The translations under genes and the position numbers were made by a program. Below the pieces are notes generated by a model. The model had not been told where the DNA came from. It saw only the letters and a program-made list of their open reading frames with translations, and searched no databases. 248,000 nt of DNA from Wallemia ichthyophaga EXF-994. Lineage: Eukaryota > Fungi > Basidiomycota. Below are positions 82,254 to 94,824 of the stretch, in pieces (position 1 is the first letter of the stretch; every line of letters starts with the position of its first letter). Where the stretch lies: positions 20,001 to 268,000 of the forward strand of contig NW_008806282.1 in assembly GCF_000400465.1 (NCBI RefSeq), in the 5' to 3' direction.

Positions 82254-82612
82254 ATGGCGATATCGATTGGGAATATTTTCTACATTTCATTATTGCTGGT
82301 AAATTCTATTGCCATTTTAAATCAAGAGAGGTTTCTTAGTAGGAGTGCGTCGTATCCAGCCAGCCAGCCATCCCAGCTATTGACACACACTCCCAGTCGG
82401 TTGGACACAATCAAATAATATTTATCAAGATGAAAATATCAAGACGAGGCTAATTAATTTAATCTCAGCTGTTAGAACCCTGATGAGATGTGAGTCGCTA
82501 GATAGTTGGCACACTAACACACATTAACGCAAACATACACACACACACACACACAGTCCCCCTTATTATACTCAATATCATTGTAATCATTTATCAAATT
82601 ATACTCGGCTAG
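82254..82612 (+). CDS. YOS1: Yos1 ER-Golgi membrane protein
   Basis: LLLVNSIAILNQERFL; later exon PLIILNIIVIIYQIILG. Confidence 0.8.
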
Positions 82613-82990
82613 TGCTTAAGTGTCGGCCAGGACAATGACCCAATTTTTCAATTTTTAGAAATATCGGGAGATAACCTGGCCTGTATTTACTCTAGCCAAT
82701 AGAGTACACGCCGTCTATCATTATCATCATAGAGGCTTTTTTTAACTCTTAAACGGCTTAAAGCATCTCTTCATCGTTTTTCTCGCTTAAAAACCCCTCT
82801 TAACGCGGCTTAACCGGGGTTAACAGGGAGTCTTTTAGTGGGAATATTCCAAGTTACAGGTTAGCTCATTAAATCACCCAATATACCTACAAAGCACCCC
82901 AAATTACCTACAAACACGCGCATCAGTAAAGACCACAAACACGCGACTGTCTTTCTTTTGTCCAACTATTCCATTTAGTCTCAAACGGCC

Positions 82991-83954
82991 ATGACGACGT
83001 TGATCACGTGTATGCTCAGCGTACTGGGTGTATTGGTATGTGCAATCGCCCGCACTATACACCCTCCTTCGGATCTGATCATTGCTGTTCCCCCGCGCAT
83101 ACCCTTTAGTTAGTTTGAGTTGAATGTCGCTGGATCTCACCTCTAACACGCAACCAGACGCGCCATTTCAATGGGGTTACTCGTTTAATGATACAAACAG
83201 CCAACTCTTCCGTTTCGATTACACTCTTGCGCGGCTAATCGCCCCGTCGGGCGAATCCTCGTCCCAGCAGCCCAATGGGACACTTGCGCGGATGTTCCCC
83301 GACAACATTGACAAAAAGAGCACGCCGTATGAATTCAAGTTGCCAGAAGGCACGCAGAGTCATTCGTCGTATGGGAAGAGACGTGCAGAGCGAGGGGAGC
83401 ACACCATGCACACCATGCACACCATGCACACCATGCAAGCGCGTTCGAGCAACATCTATACCATAGACAAACAAGCAATCAACACCACCACCCCGCTCTG
83501 TTTAACCACGACCAACACATCCACACCGAGCTACTACGAATGGCACAACGCCACTGAACCTGGCCATTGGACTGTGGAAGTGCAGTCGATCCTCCTCTAT
83601 GGCAGCAATGGCTATGAAGAGAAAGGGAATGAGACGTGCATCTCACCACCCTTCGCGTATGAACGCGTGCACTCCGAGGCTCAATTTTCAGTGTCGACAC
83701 TCGATGTTGAACAAGTGGAAAAGGAGAGCGAGACTGGGGATGGTGGCACTGCTTCCATCACCACTACCACTACCACATCCACGTATTCCCCACAGACTAG
83801 CGCTTCAGCTACGCTCGTGCACACTTCCTTCTCTCCCTCGCCTACAGGTAACATACTTGTATCGGGGTATGACAGAGATGCAGCCGCGTCACAGAATCTC
83901 ACTCTCACTCTCACTCTCCTCTCACTCTCCTTTGTTATCTTATATCTCTTGTAA
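82991..83954 (+). CDS. Putative secreted, GPI-anchored Ser/Thr-rich protein
   Basis: Hydrophobic leader MTTLITCMLSVLGVLVCA, S/T-rich stalk, hydrophobic C-terminus. Confidence 0.55.
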
Positions 83955-83986
83955 TCATATCCATTTCGTTCGTCACTACCATCATC

Positions 83987-86131
83987 ATGATGTCTAATCA
84001 GATAAACGGAGTCGCGGAGATGGGCTCGGAGATGGACAAGCGAGCGGAGATCGACGCTACTGGCCGAATGGCAGGGATGAGGGTGGACGATAGCGAGATA
84101 ACTGGCCATTTCGACAGAGATGGATGTGACGGTGGAGATGGCGACAACAACGGCGAGAACAACAACGATAATAACACCAGCAACAACGCAAACAACAGTA
84201 ACTCCACCCAGCGTCCACTCACGATAGTCTACTCGACAGAAACCGGCAATGCGCAAGACGTAGCAGAGCGATTAGGGCGACTAGGTGAGCGGTGGCGATG
84301 GGAAGTGAGGGTTTGCGAAGCGGATGAGTTCGACATCAATACTCTCCTCACAGCGCCGATAATTCTCTTCGTGCTCTCAACGACTGGCAACGGAGAGCAC
84401 AACCCCACTTTTCGCAGTCTGTGGCGGCAGCTGCTCAATTCACGTCTACCGTCGGATTTGCTGGATGGGCTGGTATATGGGGTGTTTGGGCTGGGCGACT
84501 CCTCGTATGCGCGTTTCAACTGGGCCGCTAAATCGCTCGATCGTCGGCTCGATAGTCTCGGTGCGCAGCGCGTCGTCGGCAGAGGCGATGGCGATGAGAG
84601 ACATTACATGGGATATGATGGTGTCTTTCTGCCGTGGTCCGGCGTTCTCTTCAACAACCTCAATCACCTCCTTCCCCTCCCCAAAGGCGTGGATAAGTTG
84701 GATGACGATTACCTCCCCCCACCGCGCGTCAAGATGGAGTGGCTGAATGGGAGCGGGAGTGGGAGTGGTAGTAAGAATAGCAGCTCTAGCAACACCACGA
84801 ACAACACCAACACACCACCAAATAATCCTAGCACGCCTTACACCTGCACACTTGACAGCAGCACGCGTCTCACATCCCCGTCATGGTGGCAGGATGTACG
84901 CCATCTAGTACTAAACACCCCACCCACTCTGCCCCCCTTCCGCGCCGGTGATGTAGCTGTGTTGCAGCCGCGCAACGAACCCAGCGCGATATCCAACCTC
85001 GTGCGCCAATTAGGGTGGGAGGAATGTGCGGATGAGTTATTGCTGCTTTGTGACAGGCAGTCTAGTCACTCTGATAACGCAAATCACGATACTCAAACTC
85101 ACACTACCCACCTCCCAAGCCCCCTGCAACGATACACCCACACACCCACCACACTGCGCCATCTACTCACATACCACTTATCGCCCTACGCGGTACCACG
85201 AACGACGTTCTTTGAGTACTTGGCACACTTCACCAGTAGCGACGTGGAGAGGGAGCGTCTACGTGAGTTCACCAGCGCACAAGGCGCCGATGAGCTGTAC
85301 GAGTATTGCGCACGTGTGCGCCGTACTGCCCCGGAAGTGCTCGATGACTTCAAGTCTGTTCGCATCCCGCCCCGGTATGCCCTCGACGTCTTCCCTCTTC
85401 TCCGCCCGCGCAAGTTTAGCATAGCGGGGAGCAAAAAGTCACATTCACACGCTCACGCCTCAAACCAGCTGCAGCTCTGTATCGCTCTCGTCAGGTACAA
85501 GACTAAACTGGCAAGGCCGCGCATGGGAATTTGCAGCGCTTGGTTGGAGAGTCTGAAGCAGGGCGACGAGGTGCATGTGGGCGTGGAGGAGGGGACTATT
85601 AGGGCACCGCGGCGTGTGAATGGGCATGAGGATGCGGATGAGCACGCTGATAATAACTTGACACACACACCTCCCCTTCTCCTCGTCGGGCCTGGTACTG
85701 GTGTGGCGCCGATGCGCGCACTGGTGCAAGAACGTGAGCGTGACATTCACACCCAACCAAGCGCACAAAACACCGCTCTCTATTTCGGTTGCAGATGCAG
85801 TGGAATGGACGAATTGTATGCAGATGAGATGCAGTCGCTCGCTAGGGCTGGACGGCTCCATTACCGCGTGGCGCACTCTCGCGATGACGTTCACGGTAAC
85901 AAGGAATACGTTCAGCACCTCCTCCAACAGGATGGAAAACGCGTCTATAATTGGCTCGTGGAGCGCAGCGGATATCTTTTCATTAGTGGCAGCTCGGGAC
86001 AGATGCCCAAGGGAGTTAGAAAAGCTGTCGCTAGTATCATCGAGAGGCTCGAAGGGGTGGATGAGAACACCGCGATGAGAAAAGTGGAGTATTTCGAAAG
86101 CATTGGGAGGATTGTGGAGGAGTGTTGGTAG
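83987..86131 (+). CDS. TAH18: NADPH-dependent diflavin oxidoreductase (Tah18/NDOR1)
   Basis: VYSTETGNAQDVA, FGLGDSSY, LRPRKFSIA, VGPGTGVAPMR, ends VEECW. Confidence 0.9.
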   Translation: MMSNQINGVAEMGSEMDKRAEIDATGRMAGMRVDDSEITGHFDRDGCDGGDGDNNGENNNDNNTSNNANNSNSTQRPLTIVYSTETGNAQDVAERLGRLGERWRWEVRVCEADEFDINTLLTAPIILFVLSTTGNGEHNPTFRSLWRQLLNSRLPSDLLDGLVYGVFGLGDSSYARFNWAAKSLDRRLDSLGAQRVVGRGDGDERHYMGYDGVFLPWSGVLFNNLNHLLPLPKGVDKLDDDYLPPPRVKMEWLNGSGSGSGSKNSSSSNTTNNTNTPPNNPSTPYTCTLDSSTRLTSPSWWQDVRHLVLNTPPTLPPFRAGDVAVLQPRNEPSAISNLVRQLGWEECADELLLLCDRQSSHSDNANHDTQTHTTHLPSPLQRYTHTPTTLRHLLTYHLSPYAVPRTTFFEYLAHFTSSDVERERLREFTSAQGADELYEYCARVRRTAPEVLDDFKSVRIPPRYALDVFPLLRPRKFSIAGSKKSHSHAHASNQLQLCIALVRYKTKLARPRMGICSAWLESLKQGDEVHVGVEEGTIRAPRRVNGHEDADEHADNNLTHTPPLLLVGPGTGVAPMRALVQERERDIHTQPSAQNTALYFGCRCSGMDELYADEMQSLARAGRLHYRVAHSRDDVHGNKEYVQHLLQQDGKRVYNWLVERSGYLFISGSSGQMPKGVRKAVASIIERLEGVDENTAMRKVEYFESIGRIVEECW

Positions 86132-86221
86132 AAAGAGAAATATTGGTTAAAGATGCGTCGGTAGATGAAAAGGATAAAAGTACATGCATTGCAATTTATA
86201 GATAGATACATAGTCACATAA

Positions 86222-87051
86222 TTACATACCGTGAGCTCCAAATTTAGTTAGCGTATGCACAGGGAACGGACTGTCACATGTCGAGCAGCGTTGTGGGGGA
86301 TGGCAGAAAACTGGTCAAGGTGGATTAGCAAGACAAAGAAAATTTTCAAGCACGACCCACTACTAAGACAGACAGAGCAGATGTAAGCCATATCCACGAT
86401 ACGCTTATGGCAGAAACAGGCAGCTCTGAAATCGACCTTGTCAGAGCGTGGCTGGACGAGCTTATGCCTGAGGGCGTGGTTTGGGAGGAAAGCCATGATG
86501 AGATACTGGATGAGGCTATCAATGTACTTGACTTGTATGTAGTTACCGCCGGTGAGATGCGCTGCCTGTTGAAGGAAGATGGTGTTGCTGTTATACAGCT
86601 CGCACACGTCGACGAGTATCTTAGCTTTTTGTGCAGCAAAAATCGAGTTCATGAGGCTGACGTAGTGTGAAGGGACATCATCGGAGGTAGTGATTACGAG
86701 AATGCGGAAGGAGTGGGGGGAGTCTGAGCTGGCGCTGGCTTCGTTTAGCTTCCGGTTGATGTGGCAGAGCGACTGGGCGAGAGTGGTGGCTAGCGTGGCT
86801 TTGACGGGTTTATCCGTGCGATAGAAATCCCGCACACACTCCACAAACACCTCAGAGAGCTGGCTGAAGTTTGCGTCATCTTCGTGCGTATCGAAAAGAA
86901 TCTTATTATTGAGGTGCACCGAGGCTGAATTCAAGTCGGAATTACTTAAATGCAAATTAATAAATACGAGCAGCTGCTTCAACGAAGATAGAGAAACATT
87001 TTTATTTTTCAACTCAAGGACCACGCTCAGATGGTTTGACGTGGTCGCCAT
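86222..87051 (-). CDS. TFB4: TFIIH subunit Tfb4/p34
   Basis: LAQSLCHINR, YVSLMNSIFAAQK, DFRAACFCH..YICSVCLS. Confidence 0.9.
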
Positions 87052-87093
87052 CGCTGTTACGGAGCAACGTCCAACACCCGGAATACGCGAGAG

Positions 87094-89754
87094 ATGAGAA
87101 TTTGGGCATTAATTCTGGCACTGATTTATACCGTCTATGCCACGAGCATCCTCAGCATCGACCTCGGCAGCGACTCGCTAAAGATTGGTCTCATCGGCAG
87201 CGGGAATCTCGACGTCGTCCTCGATAAAGACAGCTCACGGAAGCTGCAGTCGACTGTTGGCTTTAAGGGCGATGACAGACTCTTCGGTAAGCAGGCACTC
87301 CAGAACAGCAACAAAAATCCAGACACCAGCTATCCTCATCTCAAAATGCTCATTGGGAAGACTGCTGAGGCTGACAGCACACAGCGTTGGGAAGCGATAT
87401 TCCCCGCAGTAGACAACAGCGTCACTGACAGAGGCACGCTCCAGCTGCACTCGCATAAAGACGCGTATGCGATCGAAGAACTCCTGGCTATGCAATTCCA
87501 CTACGCCAGACAGCTCGCTCAGATGCAAAGTGGTGAGACTATAAAGGATGTCGTATTGACTGTGGGTAGCTAATGTGTTGTACACTTTCTCTAACTTCTT
87601 TCACAGCTCCCGCCTTACTTCTCTACCTACGAAAGACAGGCTGTGTTGGACGCAGTCAATTTGGCAGCTCTCCAGCCAATCGCTCTTATCAATGATGGCA
87701 CTGCTGTCGCCGTCAACTACGCAATGACCCGTTCGTTTGACTCTACTCCAGCTTCGTACGTTATATACGACGCAGGCGCGTCCTCACTTAGCGCAACTTT
87801 CGTTGAAATATCCTCCCACTCTCCACCCAAGAAGCGCTTCGGCAGCAAGCAGAACACTACCGAAATCAACGTTATTGGCACTGCATACGATGACAGCGTT
87901 GGTGGTGTTGACCTTGATCACCGTCTGCGCGATATCCTCGCAGACGCCTTCGAGCAGCAGCACAACCTCGACCAAAGCTGGCGAGGCAATGCACGTGCAT
88001 GGAACAAGCTTCTTGTGGAGGCTAATCGCGTCAAGCATATACTCTCCGCCAATTCAGAATCCCAGGCGACAATCGAAGGTCTGCACGATGAGCTTGATTT
88101 TAAGAGCACAGTGAGTAGGGAGCAGTTCAAGGCAGCTATCGAAGACTACCAAATGAGGTGGTCGGCGCCAATTTCTGAAGTACTCGCTAAGACTGGTAGG
88201 GGTATTGATGGTGTTGACGCTGTTATTCTTACCGGTGGTGCCTCTCGCATCCCTATCATTCAATCGCAAGTCAGAGCGTTTGTGGGCGATGACAAAATTA
88301 GCACATCTGTTAATGCAGATGAGAGTGCTGTCTTGGGTGCTGCTTTCTACGGCGCTACATTCAGTAAATCGTTCAGAACTAAACCTCTCACAGTACACGA
88401 GGCTAGCGTGTACTCAATGGAGGGTGTGGGAATGGACGTGAGTGAGCATGGCACTCTGCTTTGGAAGGAGGGCGCTTCTCTCCCAACCAACAATACCATC
88501 TCTCTCCCACCTAGAGATGCGACAGTGGTGGTAAAATACACCGCAGACTCCATTCCACACGACCAACAGGCTGCTTACATGCAGCTTAATGTGACGGGTG
88601 TGGATGGAGCGCTCGCCGAAATGAACCTCAGCTATGAAGAAGCTGCTGCTGCGAATGTGAGAGTGGATATAGGTGTGGAACACACGTCATTCTCGCTCGT
88701 TCTTCCTACCGCTGCCGAGCTCGTTGTACCTGCTCCAGCTTCGCACGACGGTCTCACAGGCAAGCTGAAAGAATGGTTTAGCGTGGGAGCAGGTGGAGCA
88801 AAAGGAGAAGAAAAGAATGAAAACGGCACTACTACAGACAGCACAACACCTACACCCCCACACGCACAAGAAAAGAGGATCAAGTTGACGCTCTCAAGTC
88901 TTCCAGCCTCGCTTCAGCCGATGACGGTGGACCTGAAGGGGGAGTCTATGAACAAGCTGATGGCGCTCAACTACGCAGAGGCAATGGAAGGGCTTCGCGA
89001 GGAGACATTCAATGGCTTTGAAAGTAAGCTGTATATGTTGAAGGCATTGATAGAGAACGTAGACGGGAAATATGACGCGTTCCATAACGCCACGCTGCCA
89101 GAGGAAATGCGAGCGCTGGAAAGTGCACACGCAACAGCACTCACATGGCTCGATGAGGAGGGATGGTCAGCTACACTGGAGCAGATTCAGAAGGAGGCGA
89201 CTAAGATTGGAGCCATCGAACAACCAGTTAAGGAACGTATTAGGAATGGGCAGGTGAAGGCAGCTGCTTTAGGTGACCTCCAGAAGGCATTGTTTGCAGG
89301 TAGGACTTTCCTCAAGGAGGCGAGAAAGAACTTGACAACCACGGATGAGTCGAGATATTCATTCAAAGAGGTCGACGAATTCGAGGCTCACCTCTTCCAG
89401 ACCGAGAACTGGCTCAGGCCGCTGATGCGCAAGGATGGAGAGGCAAAACCATGGGAAGAAGGGGCATATACGGCGACTGAGTTGGAAGTCGCTGGGAGGA
89501 GTGTACAGGATTTCTTTATGGAATTGACTGAGAGGCTGCCAAGGAAGGCTGAGGAGAGTGTTACAGAGAGTGCTACGGAGAGCAGCCAGAGCACAACATC
89601 TGCACCTGCATCTGAAGCCAGCTCCTCAGGCACTCATTCAGACAACTCTTCAGGTACTCAAGACACACCAGGCACTCCAACACCACCAAACAAAAGCAAG
89701 TCAAGTGAGTCAGGTGAGACAGAGAAAAACCACCACAGCCACGATGAACTATAA
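87094..89754 (+). CDS. LHS1: ER Hsp70-like nucleotide exchange factor Lhs1/Grp170
   Basis: Signal peptide, SIDLGSD, YDAGASS, NADESAVLGA, C-terminal HDEL. Confidence 0.9.
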
Positions 89755-89993
89755 AAGAGAGATGCATTTATTTAATTTTAGATTTCATTATCAGTTGACG
89801 TGGGTTGGCATGTGATAGATACCGCAGCTGGCGAGATGTTTGGTGAATGAAGTGAATGAGTAACACACAGCAGCTGCTAGCGGTGACAAACATCCGAAAT
89901 TATTGGGGATCGTGTGATTATAATAAATCCGCGTTGGGTTTAAATTGCTCTAAACGCACTCTCACCTCAACAACCAACACGAAATAAGAAAAA

Positions 89994-90995
89994 ATGGTTT
90001 TAATTAAAGCAGCTATCTGTGGTGCAGGCGGTGGAATTGGTCAGCCATTATCCCTCCTCACTGCGCAAAACCCACATATCGGTGAAGTCTCTCTGTTTGA
90101 TGTTGTCCCATCAGTACACGGTGTCGCTGCCGATTTATCCCACTTGGACGGCACAGCTGTTGTAAAGGGCTACACTAAGGAGAATGATGGTTTGAAGCAC
90201 GCTCTCACCGGTGCAAATGTCGTCATTATACCTGCAGGTGTTCCACGTAAGCCTGGGATGACTCGTGATGACCTCTTCAAGATCAACGCATCTATTTGCC
90301 GTGATTTGGCCACTGGTATTGCCGATTACGCTCCAGATGCCATCGTCGGTGTCGTATCAAACCCTGTCAACTCCACCGTTCCTGTCTTTGTTGAGACTCT
90401 CAAAGCAAAGGGCGTCTTTAACGCTCGCAAGGTCTTCGGTGTCACCACCCTCGATATCGTTAGATCATCCAAGTTCGTCGCTGAGGTCCTCGGTAAGCCT
90501 AACGAGGCTCCTCAATACACTATCCCTGTTATCGGTGGTCACTCAGGCAAAACTATCATACCTGTTATCAGCCAGTCTCAGCCAAAGGTCGATATCTCCG
90601 GCGACAAACTCAACACTCTCGTCAACAGAATTCAATTCGGTGGTGACGAAGTTGTTAAGGCTAAAGATGGTGCTGGTTCAGCGACCCTTTCAATGGCATA
90701 CGCTGGTTCTAAGTTTTTGAACGCTGTCGTTAGCTCCGTCTACGCTGATAAACCTAGCGTCATCCAAGCTTACGTATACCTCCCTGAGTTGCCAGGTGGT
90801 GACGCCATCAAGAATGACATTGGAAAGGATGTCTCTTACTTCTCCGTTTCCCTCCAGCTCGGTAAGAGCGGTGTTGAGAAAGTTCTCCCTGTTGGTCCAC
90901 TCAGCGACTACGAGAAGGGTCTCCTTCAAGAGGCTCTCCCTGAATTAGACGCTTCCATTGTCAAGGGTGTTGGTTTCGGAAAGAGTTCACTTTAG
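89994..90995 (+). CDS. Malate dehydrogenase (no presequence, ends SSL)
   Basis: GAGGGIGQPL, PRKPGMTRDDLF, GGHSG; intronless. Confidence 0.95.
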   Translation: MVLIKAAICGAGGGIGQPLSLLTAQNPHIGEVSLFDVVPSVHGVAADLSHLDGTAVVKGYTKENDGLKHALTGANVVIIPAGVPRKPGMTRDDLFKINASICRDLATGIADYAPDAIVGVVSNPVNSTVPVFVETLKAKGVFNARKVFGVTTLDIVRSSKFVAEVLGKPNEAPQYTIPVIGGHSGKTIIPVISQSQPKVDISGDKLNTLVNRIQFGGDEVVKAKDGAGSATLSMAYAGSKFLNAVVSSVYADKPSVIQAYVYLPELPGGDAIKNDIGKDVSYFSVSLQLGKSGVEKVLPVGPLSDYEKGLLQEALPELDASIVKGVGFGKSSL

Positions 90996-91088
90996 GTATG
91001 ACAGTGGTTTGTATTGTTACTGAAGTATGCATGAAATATATCAATCGCAGTGTGCAAATAAGAGTTGTGTTGGTAGTTAAAATTAGTA

Positions 91089-92625
91089 TCAAAATCCAAA
91101 TGCTTCGACTTGATGAGTCTTGAAATGTCTATAGGTGTCCCCTTTCTCGCAGATCAAATGGCGATCAATGAAGGGGTTGAGGAAAATGCCATGCTCGTCA
91201 TACTTGTGGATAATTTCCATGAACTTGGGCAGCCCGCTGTACTTTTCACCAACTTCTTGAGGTGTTTGTGTGGAATGCTTAGCCCAATGCGCTCTACCGT
91301 TATATTTACGGAGGATATCTTCGAAGGTTCTGAATATCCTTCTATAGCGTACACGACAATTGAATGGTTTGTATTTGATCAGGCCAATCCACATGAAGTG
91401 AGTTTCTACTTGATTGCCCACGTGTTTGTTAGCAGGGGAAAGTAAGATATCGTCAGCCTTCGAAATGCGCACTTCGAGTGGAAAATCAACGTCATTCTCA
91501 TCCACCAGCCATTCATTGAGCTCCAACATACACTCGTAAGCCTGAGACAGAGGCACAGACCATTCGGTAGTGTATTGCAAAAGACCGCAGTCCATGTTGA
91601 AAATGTTGCACGAGGTGTCTGTGCGCTGTTGGTGCTGTCCAAACACACACCGCCACGCCAGGTGGCTGAGAAGGGGAGCGATAGCGGGCACGTACCGCTT
91701 CACCAGCAGCAGTGGCTGGAGAAGAAAGCTAAAGAGTGTGCTAGAGACAGGCGCTTGCGGTTGGTATTTTTCAGTGTTTTGTGCGGCTTTATACGACTGC
91801 ATCAGACTAACTCCTCCCGTCTGGGGCAGCCAGAACGCCTTAACATAGGGCGCAGTGCGCCACCGGTCGAGCCAGGAAGAGGGACTGCTGGTGTACTCGT
91901 CGAACGACATTGCCGTTGTGACTTGATGCAGGTTGAATTTCTCCTCCACGCTCAGCACCACGCTGAGAATGATGCCTGTCGCGCCGAGGGAGCACAACGT
92001 AGCGTTGAAGAGGTGTGGGTGGAGTGTGCGTGAGCACTCTAGCACCTCACCACTAGCTACGAGGATAGAGAGGGAGTGGACGTACGATGACATGCAGTGG
92101 TGGTCGATCCCGCTGCCGTGCGTGGCTGTCGCAAGGCAGCCAGCTATAGTCTGATCGGAAATAGACCCGAGGATCGGCATGGCAAGGTTGTTAACGTCGA
92201 GTGCCTGATTGATATCCCTCAACAATGTGCCTGAGTGGGTGGTGATCGTGCGGTCTTCTTTGTCTATCTGTAGAGGAGTGCAGAGTGAGAAAGTATCATA
92301 TGAAAAGCACTTGACGCACACTTATCACACCTGCTATTCCCGACATTATTACTATCCAACCCTCGCTGCATGCTAGGTCAGAGGGCGAGTGCCACACGCC
92401 CATGGCTCGCACTCGCACCCTTGCCCTGCGGGCTGCTTCTACGATGAGCTGCGTGTCGGCGATCGTGTGCGGCGTGTATATCCGCTCAGGCGTCGCTTCG
92501 AATGTCCTTGCCCAGTTTTGTAGCTTGTGTGTGGGAGTACCTTGGAAAGCGCTGATTCGGTGCTCTAGTTGCTCATCTGAAATTTTCTTCAAGTCGCTCA
92601 ATACCATAATTTCCTGCATCGCCAT
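91089..92625 (-). CDS. ALO1: D-arabinono-1,4-lactone oxidase-like FAD oxidoreductase
   Basis: NWARTF, VWHSPSDLAC, ATATHGSG, FPLEVR, RAHWAK. Confidence 0.85.
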
Positions 92626-92793
92626 CGCTATCGCCACCGATGATGCACTGAACGACGAAGACATCGGGTGTTTTCGTGATAGTAACTAAAACAAAAATTC
92701 ACTCTTTTTTTAAAACAAAAGACTAGCAAGGAGTACATACAAGTTATTGTACGAGTTACCGCACGACTTGTCGCAACTCATACCACCACATCC

Positions 92794-93396
92794 ATGGCAC
92801 ACCACGCCCAAGACTCGGAAATAGCGCGGCACAGGCGCAGAATAACAGCGTACCACGCTTACATACAGCCAGTCTTGAAGGCATTGAAGGATACACATGA
92901 GGTTAGTGTGCCCTACACGTTGCGTTCCAAGGTCTGCAACCAGGCGTGGAGAGAGAAGCTGGGGGAGACGGTAAACCAGTACCCGCGCTCGACAAAGACT
93001 ACGATAGAGCTACAGCAAATAGCTTGGGAAGATATACAAAACAATTTCGATAGTTTCATCCGTGATTTGAGACGCAGACTGGATCAGTATGCTCTGGTGA
93101 ACATGAGGACAAGTGTGGATCCGAAAGATGGGCTCAGTCTGGCTGATTGGGATTACGAAACTCATATGAACCAAATCGTGGACAGACTAGACAAAGAACA
93201 GCCAGATACACCGTCTCAAAGCAAAATTTCACTCGCAGAAGGACTCTGGAAGGTTAGGAAATATGTTCGTAGTGAGGAATTCATCGAACAAGAAGAGGAG
93301 AATCTCAAGGAGGCGACTGTAAGGTTGGAGTTGGATACTGTCAGGGGGATCAAAGGGATACAGCAGCAGGTAAAGAAGGCAAGAGTGGGTGTTTAG
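92794..93396 (+). CDS. Hypothetical protein
   Basis: 200-aa ORF with normal composition. Confidence 0.45.
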   Translation: MAHHAQDSEIARHRRRITAYHAYIQPVLKALKDTHEVSVPYTLRSKVCNQAWREKLGETVNQYPRSTKTTIELQQIAWEDIQNNFDSFIRDLRRRLDQYALVNMRTSVDPKDGLSLADWDYETHMNQIVDRLDKEQPDTPSQSKISLAEGLWKVRKYVRSEEFIEQEEENLKEATVRLELDTVRGIKGIQQQVKKARVGV

Positions 93397-93607
93397 TGGG
93401 TTGTTAGTGTATTCTATAGCAGTTTCTGTATTAATGTTTATAATATCCTATACCCAATACCCATTCGTTTTTCACCTGCGCTGATGGGCGATAGCAGATA
93501 ATGCGTAAGTAAACGCACTTAAAAGAAAGCAAGATAATTACAAGCACCATGCAGCAAAACAAAAGAATAAAGATACCACACGGAAGCTTTCGGCGTATAA
93601 TCTATTC

Positions 93608-94405
93608 ATGAAACACGTCCTGCAATCACTCAAGCAGAGCCACGGGAGTGTGAGCTATGGGCACAGATTTAAAGCGTCTGCCCGTCTTTGGACGCAGAGG
93701 ATGGAGATGACAGCTGTGGATATATCCACCAAAACGAAGACACCTGTTGGTGCACTCTCGAAGCAACTCATTCAGGAGAGGACATGGGAGGGAGCTCAGC
93801 GTGATATGGGAGTCATTCTTATTCATCTTGCACAGTCAGTAGAGTATAGCGCCAGACTGGAGGCAGAGGCAGAGGCAGGACATTACATGCACAGCAACGT
93901 ACCGAGAGCTAACAGCGAGTATAATAGACATATGCAGAGTACACTGGCACAGCTCAAGGAAATTCAGTCAGACACGCCATATCAAACTAGATTTAAATTG
94001 GCGGCGAGTATGTGGCAGGAAAGGAAGAAGGAGAGGAGTGAGAGGAGAGGAGGGAAGAAGAGGGACTATATCCCAGTTTATAGCGATGTTGACGAGGAAG
94101 ACATTGTGTTGCAAGGACCATCTTCAAGTATACATCCGGGAAGGATACCAATGGGATATTACGATGGTGAGTTTGGTAATGACTTGAACTTGAAATCATC
94201 AATGGCGTCATCAATGCTATCAACAACGATACCACCAACAACAACGACGCCATCGATACCTTGGCAATACACGTGGGTAGCTATACCACCATTCCCAGAA
94301 GCAGAAGCAGAAGGAGAAGCAGCAGCAGAAGAGAATAGATATAACGGAAATGAAGACGATACAAATACGCTCAACGACTACAAAGACTATTTGGATGAAA
94401 TATGA
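93608..94405 (+). CDS. Hypothetical coiled-coil protein (BAR/IMD-like?)
   Basis: 265-aa helical ORF; family not certain. Confidence 0.4.
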   Translation: MKHVLQSLKQSHGSVSYGHRFKASARLWTQRMEMTAVDISTKTKTPVGALSKQLIQERTWEGAQRDMGVILIHLAQSVEYSARLEAEAEAGHYMHSNVPRANSEYNRHMQSTLAQLKEIQSDTPYQTRFKLAASMWQERKKERSERRGGKKRDYIPVYSDVDEEDIVLQGPSSSIHPGRIPMGYYDGEFGNDLNLKSSMASSMLSTTIPPTTTTPSIPWQYTWVAIPPFPEAEAEGEAAAEENRYNGNEDDTNTLNDYKDYLDEI

Positions 94406-94435
94406 ATAAATATTATACCTTTTACAAAGACAGTG

Positions 94436-94790
94436 ATGCGGGTGACAATCAATCAATGGAGAGCATTTAGTCATTGGAAGTGGAATGGGTGTGATACAGA
94501 CGATCTCTGTGGGATATGCCAGAATTACCTTGATAACTCTTGTCCGAATTGCAGTCTACCTGGAGATGATTGTCCGTTGAGTGAGTTAAAGTGCAGCGAT
94601 TAGAAAACGCGTTGTTAACGCGTAAATTAGTCTGGGGGAAGTGTAACCACTCATTCCACATGCACTGTATACTCAAATGGCTCTCACTTGAATCGAGTAA
94701 AGGTCAATGCCCAATGGATAGGCAGCAGTGGGGTAAATAGTAATTACTCATCCAATCCAGCTAACAAAGCGCTTTATAGAAACCCAATAA
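94436..94790 (+). CDS. APC11: APC/C RING-H2 subunit Apc11
   Basis: MRVTINQW, DLCGICQ..CPNCSLPGDDCPL, CNHSFHMHCILKWL, CPMDRQQW. Confidence 0.9.
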
Positions 94791-94824
94791 TATTTATTCC
94801 TTTATACCTTGTACTATTACCACC

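Noticed and set aside
82735-82830. Cluster of CTTAA motifs and an imperfect palindrome TTAACCGGGGTTAA
   Set aside because: Short and low-information; cannot assign as an element end or TF site without comparative data
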